From assembly GCA_051252375.1 (NCBI GenBank), contig JBPOFY010000003.1, positions 128,001 to 192,000 of the forward strand: DNA of 64,000 bases, written 5' to 3'. Every line of letters starts with the position of its first letter. The first letter of the stretch is position 1. Below the pieces are notes generated by a model. The model did not search any database. It was not told the DNA's origin and saw only the letters and a program-made list of their open reading frames with translations. Position numbers and translations under genes: made by a program. Below, piece after piece: positions 32,973-42,481 of the stretch. This DNA comes from Opitutaceae bacterium. Its GTDB lineage: Bacteria > Verrucomicrobiota > Verrucomicrobiia > Opitutales > Coraliomargaritaceae.

Positions 32973-33629
32973 TTATTTTGCTGACTGTTCAAAGCCCGCG
33001 CTGGCGTAGTTGATGAGTTCAGTAACCACTCTATCGTAATTACGGGGGCCCAACTTACTCTCGGATAGATTTTCGAGAATCACTTGATCGATTGTGGCAC
33101 CAAGCATCGTGCTGATGCTTAGGAAGAATCGGTATTGTAAGGTTTCAATCGTCATATCAGGGCAACTGCGGTGCAGTTCTGCCAAATAGCGTTGGGTTAA
33201 ATCACGAAAGAGATCTCGGTGCATGCCGCGCATAAAGTCGGCGGGTTCGGTGAACGCGCGACCGATCATTTGAATGAGCGCCGGATTTGGACCTGAGCCC
33301 GCGCCATCTGATTCAAACAGCGGTCGAAATAAGGAATCGAAAATCGAATTCACTGGGACTGGTTGCGGCGCGTATTGCTCAATGAGCTGATCGAGGCGTT
33401 TGAGACGTTCTTCGTTGATCGGCTCGATGCGGTCTCGGATGACTTCGAGTATGAGTTTACTCTTGGAGCCAAAGTGATAATTGACGGCAGCCAGATTGAC
33501 TTTTGCCTCGCGGGTCACATCACGCAGCGTCATGGCACGAAAGCCTTTTTCGGCGAAAAGTTTCTCAGTCGTGCGGATGATTTTCTGCCGAGTTTTATCG
33601 CTAATCGAGGGGTTCATTTTCTGAGACAT
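32973..33629 (-). CDS. TetR-family regulator of the efflux operon
   Basis: LFAEKGF, TLRDVT, VNLAAVNYHFGSK HTH. Confidence 0.93.
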   Translation of the reverse strand: MSQKMNPSISDKTRQKIIRTTEKLFAEKGFRAMTLRDVTREAKVNLAAVNYHFGSKSKLILEVIRDRIEPINEERLKRLDQLIEQYAPQPVPVNSIFDSLFRPLFESDGAGSGPNPALIQMIGRAFTEPADFMRGMHRDLFRDLTQRYLAELHRSCPDMTIETLQYRFFLSISTMLGATIDQVILENLSESKLGPRNYDRVVTELINYASAGFEQSAK

Positions 33630-33631
33630 GT

Positions 33632-33665
33632 TTTAAACAATCGTTTGAACTAGGGTGATAGTCAA
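33632..33665 (-). promoter_or_regulatory. putative TetR operator overlapping the promoter
   Basis: palindrome TTCAAAC-GATT-GTTTAAA 2 nt before ATG; TTGACT at 33665-33660. Confidence 0.6.
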
Positions 33666-33728
33666 GTGAGTGAGATGAAATGATTGTGGAGGGTTGGGCT
33701 GCCTTAAAAAAGGAATTCGGCGAAAACC

Positions 33729-33811
33729 TGGAGGGTGGGGCTCCGTCGCAACCGCCGATGGTCTGATGCATTTAGACGTTTCTGTGGCAATGACGGAGCA
33801 TTGCCCTCCAA
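33729..33811. repeat. REPIN-like element with GGAG foot, copy 1
   Basis: TGGAGGG...CCCTCCA termini; 33786-33811 is the exact reverse complement of 57944-57969. Confidence 0.8.
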
Positions 33812-33848
33812 ATGAAGTTACGCATATCAAGTCTTTGTGCGAAGACCC

Positions 33849-33879
33849 AAAAAAGCCGACTCGGGTGAGTCGGCTTTTT
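33849..33879. terminator. intrinsic terminator after ptsH
   Basis: AAAAAAGCCGACTC-GGGT-GAGTCGGCTTTTT. Confidence 0.85.
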
Positions 33880-33896
33880 AAGAAAATAAAAGTGGC

Positions 33897-34202
33897 TTAG
33901 GCTTCTTCGAAGCGGCGTTCGAAGAGGGCTTCGAGTTCGCCTAGCATAGTCGCGGCAGCCTCTGCATCGCCTTCAGCGCGGACTGTTAGTTTGGAACCTT
34001 TGCCTGCGGCCAGCATCATGAGTCCCATGATGCTCTTACCATTGACTTGCTCATCGTCCTTCTCGACCCAAACTTCGCCAGAATAGGTGTTAGCAATGCG
34101 AACAATCATCGCCGCAGGACGGGCGTGAATGCCCATCTTATTCTGCACGGTGAGTTCTTTATGCATGGTTTGCTTCGAGTCGCTGGTTTCTGATGTGCTC
34201 AT
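33897..34202 (-). CDS. ptsH: phosphocarrier protein HPr
   Basis: GIHARPA (His15) and KSIMGLMML (Ser46). Confidence 0.93.
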   Translation of the reverse strand: MSTSETSDSKQTMHKELTVQNKMGIHARPAAMIVRIANTYSGEVWVEKDDEQVNGKSIMGLMMLAAGKGSKLTVRAEGDAEAAATMLGELEALFERRFEEA

Positions 34203-34407
34203 TAATTCGGCGGAGAAAACTTATAATATAAGTATTAGCAAGAAATAATCCAAAACTGATTGGATTAAGAGTTATTATTAGTGAATTCGTATTAAGTCTG
34301 TGAAGATTTTGACCGTCAAGGGGTAAAAAACTGGAAAGCCATGAGACTTCTTAGTGAAAGGTGGAGTGAAGTTGTTCTTGAAGTGTTGGTCTATACTGGC
34401 GATCCAC

Positions 34408-34437
34408 AAAAAAGCCCTTTCGTTTGAAAGGGCTTTT
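34408..34437. terminator. intrinsic terminator after the small basic protein gene
   Basis: AAAAAAGCCCTTTC-GTTT-GAAAGGGCTTTT. Confidence 0.85.
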
Positions 34438-34462
34438 AAAGTGTAAAGGATCGAAGCTCGGC

Positions 34463-34621
34463 TTATTCTTCCGGCTTAGTCTTCTTGAGGCCGATGACGC
34501 GATTGCCATCTTCCCACTCTCCGCGCTTGCGGAGCAGGTCCACGCGCTCGAAACGCTTGAGGACTGTTCGATTCTTTTTGCCGCCACCGCCGGTGGCCTT
34601 AAAGCTGTTGTGTTGTGACAT
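34463..34621 (-). CDS. PVC-superphylum small basic protein (52 aa; missing from the ORF track)
   Basis: hand translation MSQHNSFKATGGGGKKNRTVLKRFERVDLLRKRGEWEDGNRVIGLKKTKPEE, with MS.H.S...R.VL.R.ER...W...GL.K pattern and own terminator. Confidence 0.88.
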   Translation of the reverse strand: MSQHNSFKATGGGGKKNRTVLKRFERVDLLRKRGEWEDGNRVIGLKKTKPEE

Positions 34622-34750
34622 AGTGGGTTCCTTGTTAAAAGTGAAAGCGGAGGAATAAATGGTGGCATATGCTAAAGATCAAGACCTAATCCGCTCTACT
34701 TTCGGCTTTTTATGGGTCTTTTTCTAGTTTTGAGCAGCTTTGTAATGAAA

Positions 34751-36127
34751 TTAGACCAAATAGGGCAGTGAAAGGGAGGCCAAACCTAGAATCAGAAGAA
34801 AGCCACACATGTCCGTGACTGTGGTCAAGATCGGTCCAGATGCGAGTGCTGGGTCCTGTTTCATCGCTTTTAGCAGGAGGGGGACGAGACCACCAACGCA
34901 GACGGCAATTGTGGTATTCAAGGCAAGTGCGCCACCGACGACTAAGCCAAGCACCACATTGCCTTTCCAAAACCATGCAAGACAGCCAATGAGTAGACCT
35001 AAGCAGGCACCGTTGATCATGCCCAGGGTGGATTCCTTGATGAAGACGCGGCCAAATTCTTTAGGGTTGATCAAATCGAGCGATAGTTCGCGCATGGAAA
35101 CCGCCACGGCTTGATTTCCAGAGCAGCCGGACATATCTGAAATAATCGGCAAAAAGACGGCGAGGGCGATGACGGCCTCGAGTGTGTCTTGGTGGAAGGC
35201 AATGACACTTGCTGAAATGATATTGAGGACGATATTGATACTCAACCAAGAGAGGCGTCGTCGGCTTCGCACGCCAAGTGGCATGGAGCGGAGTTCTTCT
35301 TTACCCATCAAACCCTGCAACTTGAGCAAATCCTCTGTGGCTGATTCTTGTAGAGATTCGGTGGAGGCCTCGCGGTCGACGATACCGATCAATCGTTTGC
35401 GTGCGTCCACGACCGGAAGACCTAGGAAGTTGTGTTGCTCGAATAGGTTTTCCAGATCTAGCACACTCGTATCGGCCTCGACCGTGATGGGGTCGGGGAT
35501 CATAATGTCTGCAGCAGTTTGATCACGTAAGGCGAAGAGTAGGTTGCGAACCGGGAGCACGCCTAGTAGCACGTTGCGAGGACCGATCACATAGGCATAT
35601 TGAACGCCGTATTCGATGTATTTTTCGCGCTTAGATTGTATGTCGTTTAAAATCTGCTCGACGGTCATGCTCGCCTTGAATGAGACAAACTCGCTATACA
35701 TTAAGGCGCCAGCCGTGCCTTCCTCGTAGGCCATGAAGCGGCGTGTTTCTGCGGCGACCTTGTCGTCGAGTTCATCTAGAATTGCTTCGCTATCGCTATC
35801 CTTTAGTTCGTTCAGCAGGTCGGCTCGGTCGTCACTGTCGAGTAAGCTGACGATTGGCGCAGCTGCGTCAGGCTCGAGCTCCTCGATAATGTCCGCACCT
35901 TGGAAGTAGTAAACATGTTCGAGGACTTCAGCGCTTTGCTCGGGGGAAAGCAGGCCGAAGAGTTTGGTGCGCTGATCCGCGTCGAGACGATCCACCAGTT
36001 TGGCGGTATCATCTACGTCGGCTTCCTGTAGCGCACTCATGGCCTTGCCGGAATCGGAGGTGTCGATGGCAGCTGTTAATTGCTCTAGCAGGTCATCAAA
36101 ATTGATCGGTGGTGCTTCGTTGTCCAT
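34751..36127 (-). CDS. mgtE: magnesium transporter MgtE
   Basis: acidic N-domain, CBS pair, RRLSWL, DMSGCSGNQ, DPALASGP..TT..D; start MDNEAP. Confidence 0.93.
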   Translation of the reverse strand: MDNEAPPINFDDLLEQLTAAIDTSDSGKAMSALQEADVDDTAKLVDRLDADQRTKLFGLLSPEQSAEVLEHVYYFQGADIIEELEPDAAAPIVSLLDSDDRADLLNELKDSDSEAILDELDDKVAAETRRFMAYEEGTAGALMYSEFVSFKASMTVEQILNDIQSKREKYIEYGVQYAYVIGPRNVLLGVLPVRNLLFALRDQTAADIMIPDPITVEADTSVLDLENLFEQHNFLGLPVVDARKRLIGIVDREASTESLQESATEDLLKLQGLMGKEELRSMPLGVRSRRRLSWLSINIVLNIISASVIAFHQDTLEAVIALAVFLPIISDMSGCSGNQAVAVSMRELSLDLINPKEFGRVFIKESTLGMINGACLGLLIGCLAWFWKGNVVLGLVVGGALALNTTIAVCVGGLVPLLLKAMKQDPALASGPILTTVTDMCGFLLILGLASLSLPYLV

Positions 36128-36196
36128 GTGTGTCGTGTTGGTTTGAGATGTTGAAGTAGGCTTTACAGGTAGCGGGTTTCGAGCCAAGCAAGATAT

Positions 36197-36583
36197 GTGT
36201 TAATTTTTCTAGTAGCGATCGGATGTGCCCTTGGGGGGATGCTGCGCTATGCCTTGATGACGGGTGTGACTCGTATTTTTGGTGAAGCTTTTCCGTGGGG
36301 GACCTTGTTTGTGAATGCCTTGGGTAGTTTCCTGTTGGGGCTATTGCTCGGTGGCGGAGTGACTTCTGCCGATTCATGGCTTTCGTTTGAAGGCGCGCAT
36401 GCCTTTGCGGTCGTGGGCTTTTGTGGTGGATTGACGACTTTCTCGACTTTCAGTTTGCAGACGCTGACGTTGGTTTCCTCGCAGCAATGGGGGCGAGTGG
36501 CGGCCAATGCCTTTGGCAGCCTAGCGCTTTGTGCGCTATGTGTGATTAGCGGTTACGCAATTAGCGAAGGGATCAGCGCATGA
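36197..36583 (+). CDS. fluC: fluoride channel Fluc/CrcB (first of pair)
   Basis: GGMLRY, FPWGTLFVN..GS, GFCGGLTTFSTF. Confidence 0.92.
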   Translation: MLIFLVAIGCALGGMLRYALMTGVTRIFGEAFPWGTLFVNALGSFLLGLLLGGGVTSADSWLSFEGAHAFAVVGFCGGLTTFSTFSLQTLTLVSSQQWGRVAANAFGSLALCALCVISGYAISEGISA

Positions 36584-36987
36584 GGCAGCTTTTATGGATT
36601 GGTCTCGGGAGTGCATTGGGCGGGGCTTTACGCTATGCTCTCGACCTTATGGCGGCGTCCGTTGGTTTTGGCGCGCTGTCACCCTCAACCTTGGTGATCA
36701 ATTTGACCGGTTCACTCTTGATCGGCTGGCTGGCTGGTTGCTGGGCGACGGGTGGGGCGATTGCTCCGCATCCGTATAAGTGGCATTTCTGGATGACTGG
36801 TTTTTGTGGCGGCTATACGACTTTCTCCACCTTCAGTTGGCAGGTGGTGGATTTAGTCAATCAAGGGCAGGGGCAGCTAGCAGGTTTTTATGCCGCTGCA
36901 AGTATGGGCTTTGGTCTCGTGGCAGCTTGGCTTGGCTTGTCTTTGGCGGTTCGCAGTCGTGCGAGTGATCAGCAAGATCTGTCTTAA
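36580..36987 (+). CDS. fluC: fluoride channel Fluc/CrcB (second of pair)
   Basis: GGALRY, TLVINLTGS, GFCGGYTTFSTF; ATGA overlap. Confidence 0.92.
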   Translation: MRQLLWIGLGSALGGALRYALDLMAASVGFGALSPSTLVINLTGSLLIGWLAGCWATGGAIAPHPYKWHFWMTGFCGGYTTFSTFSWQVVDLVNQGQGQLAGFYAAASMGFGLVAAWLGLSLAVRSRASDQQDLS

Positions 36988-37062
36988 TCTTACTCGTAAT
37001 CTGAATTCTAATCGCCTTTCATCCGTAAAAGATTACGAATACGAGTAAGATTAGGATTAAGA
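36985..37062. repeat. inverted pair of hexamer arrays (TAATCT-type)
   Basis: TAATCT TACTCG TAATCT GAATTC TAATCG ... GATTAC GAATAC GAGTAA GATTAG GATTAA. Confidence 0.8.
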
Positions 37063-37067
37063 ATTTT

Positions 37068-37979
37068 ATGAATCAGACTGAACAATTTGACGCGCCGATA
37101 CAGTTCTACAACCGTCACACCAATTCGGTGGAGACGGAGTCGGTCTATGGGGAAGGCTTTTTGCGCTGGGCATATGGGAATCCGCTAGGTCGATTGACGG
37201 TGGCAGTTGCGGTGAAACGTCTCTGGTTCTCGCGTTGGTATGGCTGGCGGATGGATCGCCCTGCGAGTCGTGAGAAGGTGCTACCGTTTCTAGAACGCTT
37301 CGGGGTCGATCCGGATGAGTTTGCGGATGCCGTCGAGAGCTATGCCACTTTCAATGAGTTCTTTTATCGTAAACTGAAGCTCAGTGCGCGTCCGATTTCA
37401 GAAGGCGAATCGGTTGCAGTCTTTCCAGCAGATGGTCGGCATTTAGGGATACAAGATATCGCCGCGACTGATCAATTTTATATCAAAGGGCAGCAATTTG
37501 ATTTGGCTAAGTTCTTGGGAGATCCGGCACTGGCGGAGAAGTTTGCGGGTGGCTCGGTTTTGATTTCACGACTTTGCCCAGTGGATTATCACCGCTATCA
37601 TTTTCCGGTTTCCGGGCAGGCTGGACCATCAGATATATTGGATGGTAGTCTTCGTTCGGTCAGCCCGCTGGCGTTACGCCGCAGGCTTTCGATTCTCTGG
37701 GAAAACCGTCGCGCGCGGACCGTGGTCGACTCGCCCGAGTTTGGCGAAGTCGTCGTCATGGAAGTCGGGGCGACTTGCGTTGGCGGGATGCATTCCACGT
37801 TCACTCCCGGGGCGATCGTGAAGGGCGACGATAAAGGCTATTTTTCCTTTGGTGGGTCTTGCGTCACCACGGTCTTTCAAAAAGGCGCGATCCGTTTTGA
37901 TGGCGACCTCAACGAAAACGCTGCGCAAGGTCTCGAAGTGTATGCCAAGATGGGCGAACGCTGCGGGGTAGTAGGGTAG
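37068..37979 (+). CDS. psd: phosphatidylserine decarboxylase proenzyme
   Basis: [41 protein letters not shown] cleavage motif. Confidence 0.92.
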   Translation: MNQTEQFDAPIQFYNRHTNSVETESVYGEGFLRWAYGNPLGRLTVAVAVKRLWFSRWYGWRMDRPASREKVLPFLERFGVDPDEFADAVESYATFNEFFYRKLKLSARPISEGESVAVFPADGRHLGIQDIAATDQFYIKGQQFDLAKFLGDPALAEKFAGGSVLISRLCPVDYHRYHFPVSGQAGPSDILDGSLRSVSPLALRRRLSILWENRRARTVVDSPEFGEVVVMEVGATCVGGMHSTFTPGAIVKGDDKGYFSFGGSCVTTVFQKGAIRFDGDLNENAAQGLEVYAKMGERCGVVG

Positions 37980-38070
37980 CGGCGATGGTCCCCATCGCCA
38001 CACGTTTGAGCCGTTCGACTTAATTAGGAGCGAAACACATGCTATGGCGGTCGGGACGACCGCCCCTACC
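37975..38070. repeat. REPIN-like element, copy 2
   Basis: GGTAG-C-GGCGATG-GTCCC-CATCGCC ... GGCGGTC-GGGAC-GACCGCC-C-CTACC; shares CATCGCCACACGTTTGAGCCGTTC with 12491-12598. Confidence 0.85.
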
Positions 38071-38143
38071 TTTTAGGATGATATCCCTTGAGTTCGTGCC
38101 ATTCCGCTCCTGCGCTACCGGATCAAACTTTCCACTACTTCGT

Positions 38144-39571
38144 TTACGCGTCCTTAAACTGTGCAACCAATCCGGTGACGGTGGCTTTGGCGTCGCCGTA
38201 GAGCATGCGGCTATTCGGTGCGGTGAAGAGTGCGTTTTCTAGACCAGAGAAACCTGCGCCTTTACCGCGCTTGAGACAGAATGCGGTTTTTGCTTTATGA
38301 GCTTGGATGATGGGCATGCCGTAAATGGGGCTACTGGGATCGTCGGCTGCGGCTGGATTCACCACGTCGTTGGCGCCGATAACGATGGCGACATCGACCA
38401 TTTCGATGGTGGGATTGACGTCGTCCATTTCCACGAGTTGCTCGTAGGGGACATCGGCCTCGGCGAGGAGGACGTTCATGTGACCCGGCATACGACCTGC
38501 AACTGGGTGGATTGCGAACCGGACTTCGCAGCCGTTCTCTTCTAAAATACTACCCAGTTCTTTAACTGCGTGTTGTGCCTGCGCGACGGCCATGCCGTAA
38601 CCAGGAATGAAGATGACGTTCTTGGCAGCTTCTAGGATATAGTAAGCGTCGTCCACGGAGATAGGCTTGAGCTCGCCTGTGCTGGCGGCGCCACTGGTTT
38701 GTGCGGTCGCTCCGAAGCCGGAGAAGAGCACGTTGACCAAGGTGCGGTTCATCGCCTTACACATGATGACTGTAAGGATGAGTCCCGAAGCGCCGACTAA
38801 ACAGCCCGCGACGATGAGCACATTGTTTTGAATAACGAAACCCGCGGCACAAGCTGCGAGACCGGAGCAAGAATTTAAAAGTGAAATAACCACTGGCATA
38901 TCACCGCCGCCAATAGGCATGACTGCGAAGACGCCAAGGAGCAGGGAGAGCACGATCACCGTGATCAACATGGGGTAGGCTAATGAACCAGTCGGATCCA
39001 TTGCGAAGATCACGCCAGCGGCGATGATGCCGAGTGCGAGCAGTGCATTGAATGCTTTTTGCCCAGGGAAAGTGAGGGCGCGACCACCGAGCTTGCCGGA
39101 AAGTTTACCCCAAGCATACATCGATCCGGTAAAGGTGATGCCGCCAATTAGGATCGCAAGGACGATGACGGCTGCGGTGAAGGTATCCACAGATTCGATA
39201 CCTGCGGCTTCCACGATCTTACCGAGCAAGTTGCCATTGATGGTTGCATGTGCGCGCTGATATTCGGCGGCACCGACTAGGAGCGAAGCGAGTCCGCCGA
39301 AGCCGTTGAAGAGAGCCACGAGCTCGGGCATGCCTGTCATTTGGACGCGCTTGGCGGCGATAAAGCCGATAATCGAACCAGCGGCGAGTGCGCCGATGAT
39401 GAGTGCGTAACTGAGGTCGCTATCTAATAGAGTGACAATGACTGCTAGGCCCATGCCGACTGATGAGAGCAAGTTGCCCTTACGTGCGGTGGCTGCGTTG
39501 CCGAGCATCTTGATGCCGAAAACGAAGAGAATGGAGGCTGCGATATAAGAGAGATTTACAAATTGTTCCAT
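38144..39571 (-). CDS. pntB: NAD(P) transhydrogenase subunit beta
   Basis: MPELVALFNGFGG, GGDMPVVISLLNS, HPVAGRMPGHMNVLLAEA, GANDVVNPAA. Confidence 0.97.
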   Translation of the reverse strand: MEQFVNLSYIAASILFVFGIKMLGNAATARKGNLLSSVGMGLAVIVTLLDSDLSYALIIGALAAGSIIGFIAAKRVQMTGMPELVALFNGFGGLASLLVGAAEYQRAHATINGNLLGKIVEAAGIESVDTFTAAVIVLAILIGGITFTGSMYAWGKLSGKLGGRALTFPGQKAFNALLALGIIAAGVIFAMDPTGSLAYPMLITVIVLSLLLGVFAVMPIGGGDMPVVISLLNSCSGLAACAAGFVIQNNVLIVAGCLVGASGLILTVIMCKAMNRTLVNVLFSGFGATAQTSGAASTGELKPISVDDAYYILEAAKNVIFIPGYGMAVAQAQHAVKELGSILEENGCEVRFAIHPVAGRMPGHMNVLLAEADVPYEQLVEMDDVNPTIEMVDVAIVIGANDVVNPAAADDPSSPIYGMPIIQAHKAKTAFCLKRGKGAGFSGLENALFTAPNSRMLYGDAKATVTGLVAQFKDA

Positions 39572-39589
39572 GACGAGATGGGGGCGAGG

Positions 39590-39615
39590 TGCGTGATGCG
39601 GAATACGTGATACGA
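39590..39615. repeat. heptamer tandem array (TGCGTGA-type) in pntAB/pntB spacer
   Basis: TGCGTGA TGCGGAA TACGTGA TACGA. Confidence 0.65.
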
Positions 39616-39894
39616 CTATTTCTTCTTTTTGAACATGCCGAGCATGCGATCGGTGACCATGTAGCCGCCGACGACGTTAATGGTGGCGAGGACGATTGCG
39701 GCGAAGCCGATCCACATAGACGCGGTGTCTGCTGTGGTCTTTACTGCGAGTATCGCGCCAACTACAGTGATGCCGGAGATCGCATTGGAGCCAGACATCA
39801 GCGGCGTGTGTAATTGTGAGGGCACTTTAGCGATCAACTCGAAGCCAAGGAAGGCCGCGAGGACGAAGATGAAGAGAAGTAGTGTGAGGTCCAT
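39616..39894 (-). CDS. pntAB: NAD(P) transhydrogenase alpha subunit, membrane part
   Basis: VPSQLHTPLMSGSNAISG, INVVGGYMVTDRML. Confidence 0.95.
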   Translation of the reverse strand: MDLTLLLFIFVLAAFLGFELIAKVPSQLHTPLMSGSNAISGITVVGAILAVKTTADTASMWIGFAAIVLATINVVGGYMVTDRMLGMFKKKK

Positions 39895-39900
39895 GGGAAT

Positions 39901-39935
39901 TAATGGCTAATGGTTAATAGGTAATGTCTAATTGG
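39901..39935. repeat. heptamer tandem array (TAATGGC-type) in pntAA/pntAB spacer
   Basis: TAATGGC TAATGGT TAATAGG TAATGTC TAATTGG. Confidence 0.8.
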
Positions 39936-41069
39936 CTATTCGCCCTTAAAGCGTTCGTGGACGATTTGTCCGTCTTTAGTGATGAGGCAGCCATTGAGGA
40001 TTTCATCTTCAGTGCTGTACTTGAAGTCCTTGGCTTCGGCGTCCCAGAAGTGCTCGATCAAATTATAGAAATTTGAGGCGAGCATGAGTGTGGCGTCTTT
40101 AGGATAGTAGCCTTCGAGGTTTTCGGGGCCGAGGATGCGGACACCGTTGTCGGTGACGACTTCTTCGCCTACTTTGGAGCCTTCGACATTGCCGCCGGAC
40201 TCAACTGCGAGGTCGACGAGTATGCTACCGGGGAGCATTTGTTTGAGCACTTCGTTGTTGAGGATGAGTGGTGCTTTGCGGCCAAAGAGTTTAGCGGTAG
40301 TGATGACTACGTCTGCGCGGGCGCAGGCCTTGGCCATTTCCTGACGTTGCTTTTCCAACTGCTCTGGTGTCAATTCTTTGGCGTAGCCTTGATCGGTTTG
40401 TCCGGTGTCGCCCAAGTCAACCTTCACAAATTTAGCACCTAGTGATTTAACCTGTTCTTCCACGACTGGGCGTGTATCAAATGCTTCGACACGTGCGCCG
40501 AGACGCTTGGCTGTGGCGATCGCTTGTAGCCCAGCAACACCAACCCCGATGATAAAGAAACGTGCGGGTGAAATGGTTCCCGAGGGCGTCATCATCATAG
40601 GAAGAATTTTGCGCATGCGGTCGGCGGCCATAGTGACCGCGGCGTAGCCTGCAAGATTGGCTTGCGAGGATAGCGCATCCATCTTCTGCGCGAGCGTGCT
40701 ACGCGGAATCATTTCCAGGCTGACTGCTGCGATGTTACGCTGGGCAAGATCGTCGATCAGTGCCTTTTCATTGAATGGGTCGAGGAAACTGATGTGGAGT
40801 GTGCCGGGGCGAACACCCTCGAGTTCGCTGGCTTCAGGTTTACGCACACGGGTAATAATGTCGGCCTGTGCATAACCACTCGCGGCATCGTCCACGATTT
40901 GTGCGCCTGCTTCGATATACTCGGCGTCGGTGTAGTCTGATTTTAAGCCGGCTCCTTTTTGGACGAGCACTTCAAGGCCGAGGTCTTTTAGTTTCTTTGC
41001 AGTGGTGGGTGCAATGGCGGCTCTTGTTTCCGCCGGGTGTGTTTCAAGTGGGGCAAATAAGCGTTTCAT
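39936..41069 (-). CDS. pntAA: NAD(P) transhydrogenase alpha subunit, soluble NAD(H)-binding part
   Basis: AQKMDALSSQANLAGY, GVGVAGLQAIATA, DLAVESGGN. Confidence 0.95.
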   Translation of the reverse strand: MKRLFAPLETHPAETRAAIAPTTAKKLKDLGLEVLVQKGAGLKSDYTDAEYIEAGAQIVDDAASGYAQADIITRVRKPEASELEGVRPGTLHISFLDPFNEKALIDDLAQRNIAAVSLEMIPRSTLAQKMDALSSQANLAGYAAVTMAADRMRKILPMMMTPSGTISPARFFIIGVGVAGLQAIATAKRLGARVEAFDTRPVVEEQVKSLGAKFVKVDLGDTGQTDQGYAKELTPEQLEKQRQEMAKACARADVVITTAKLFGRKAPLILNNEVLKQMLPGSILVDLAVESGGNVEGSKVGEEVVTDNGVRILGPENLEGYYPKDATLMLASNFYNLIEHFWDAEAKDFKYSTEDEILNGCLITKDGQIVHERFKGE

Positions 41070-41190
41070 ACGTATCTAAAGGAAGGATCTATATCGTTTG
41101 TTGATAGCGATATAAAGTGATTTATCCGAAACAGGCTAACTAATTTTGCAAGACTTTGTAGTTGTTGCTTATGCAATGCTCGCTCGGCGT

Positions 41191-41225
41191 AAAAAAGGCC
41201 GAACGTTTGCACGTTCGGCCTTTTG
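41191..41225. terminator. intrinsic terminator after fbaA
   Basis: AAAAAAGGCCGAACGT-TTGC-ACGTTCGGCCTTTTT. Confidence 0.88.
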
Positions 41226-41242
41226 GAAAGAATTAGATTCAA

Positions 41243-42274
<1,032 letters not shown>

Positions 42275-42481
42275 GATACTGGATTAGTTTTGTTTATTGC
42301 GTTTAACTTCAGTTTAAGTGTGTCTAATGCATGTTTTCCGGATGAGGCAACATCATTTCTTTTGATACTGAATTTTCAACCTTGGATTTATCTCTAATGC
42401 ATCTTTTAGACCAAAAGTATCGAATTGCACTGGAAATTTCTGATTTCTGGTATATGTCACCTTCCTCCTTTCTTGTTTTTC

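Noticed and set aside
27102..33900. Efflux operon as a genomic island integrated at tRNA-Gly
   Set aside because: No integrase and no duplicated tRNA 3' end found at the far boundary
34351..34668. 105-aa and 64-aa ORFs from the track, or an ncRNA in this gap
   Set aside because: Explained by the 52-aa small basic protein in another frame plus its terminator
36128..36196. Fluoride riboswitch upstream of fluC
   Set aside because: No GGCGATG...CGCC/GCTGATGAC pattern here; the GGCGATGG hairpins at 12497 and 37981 belong to REP elements downstream of genes
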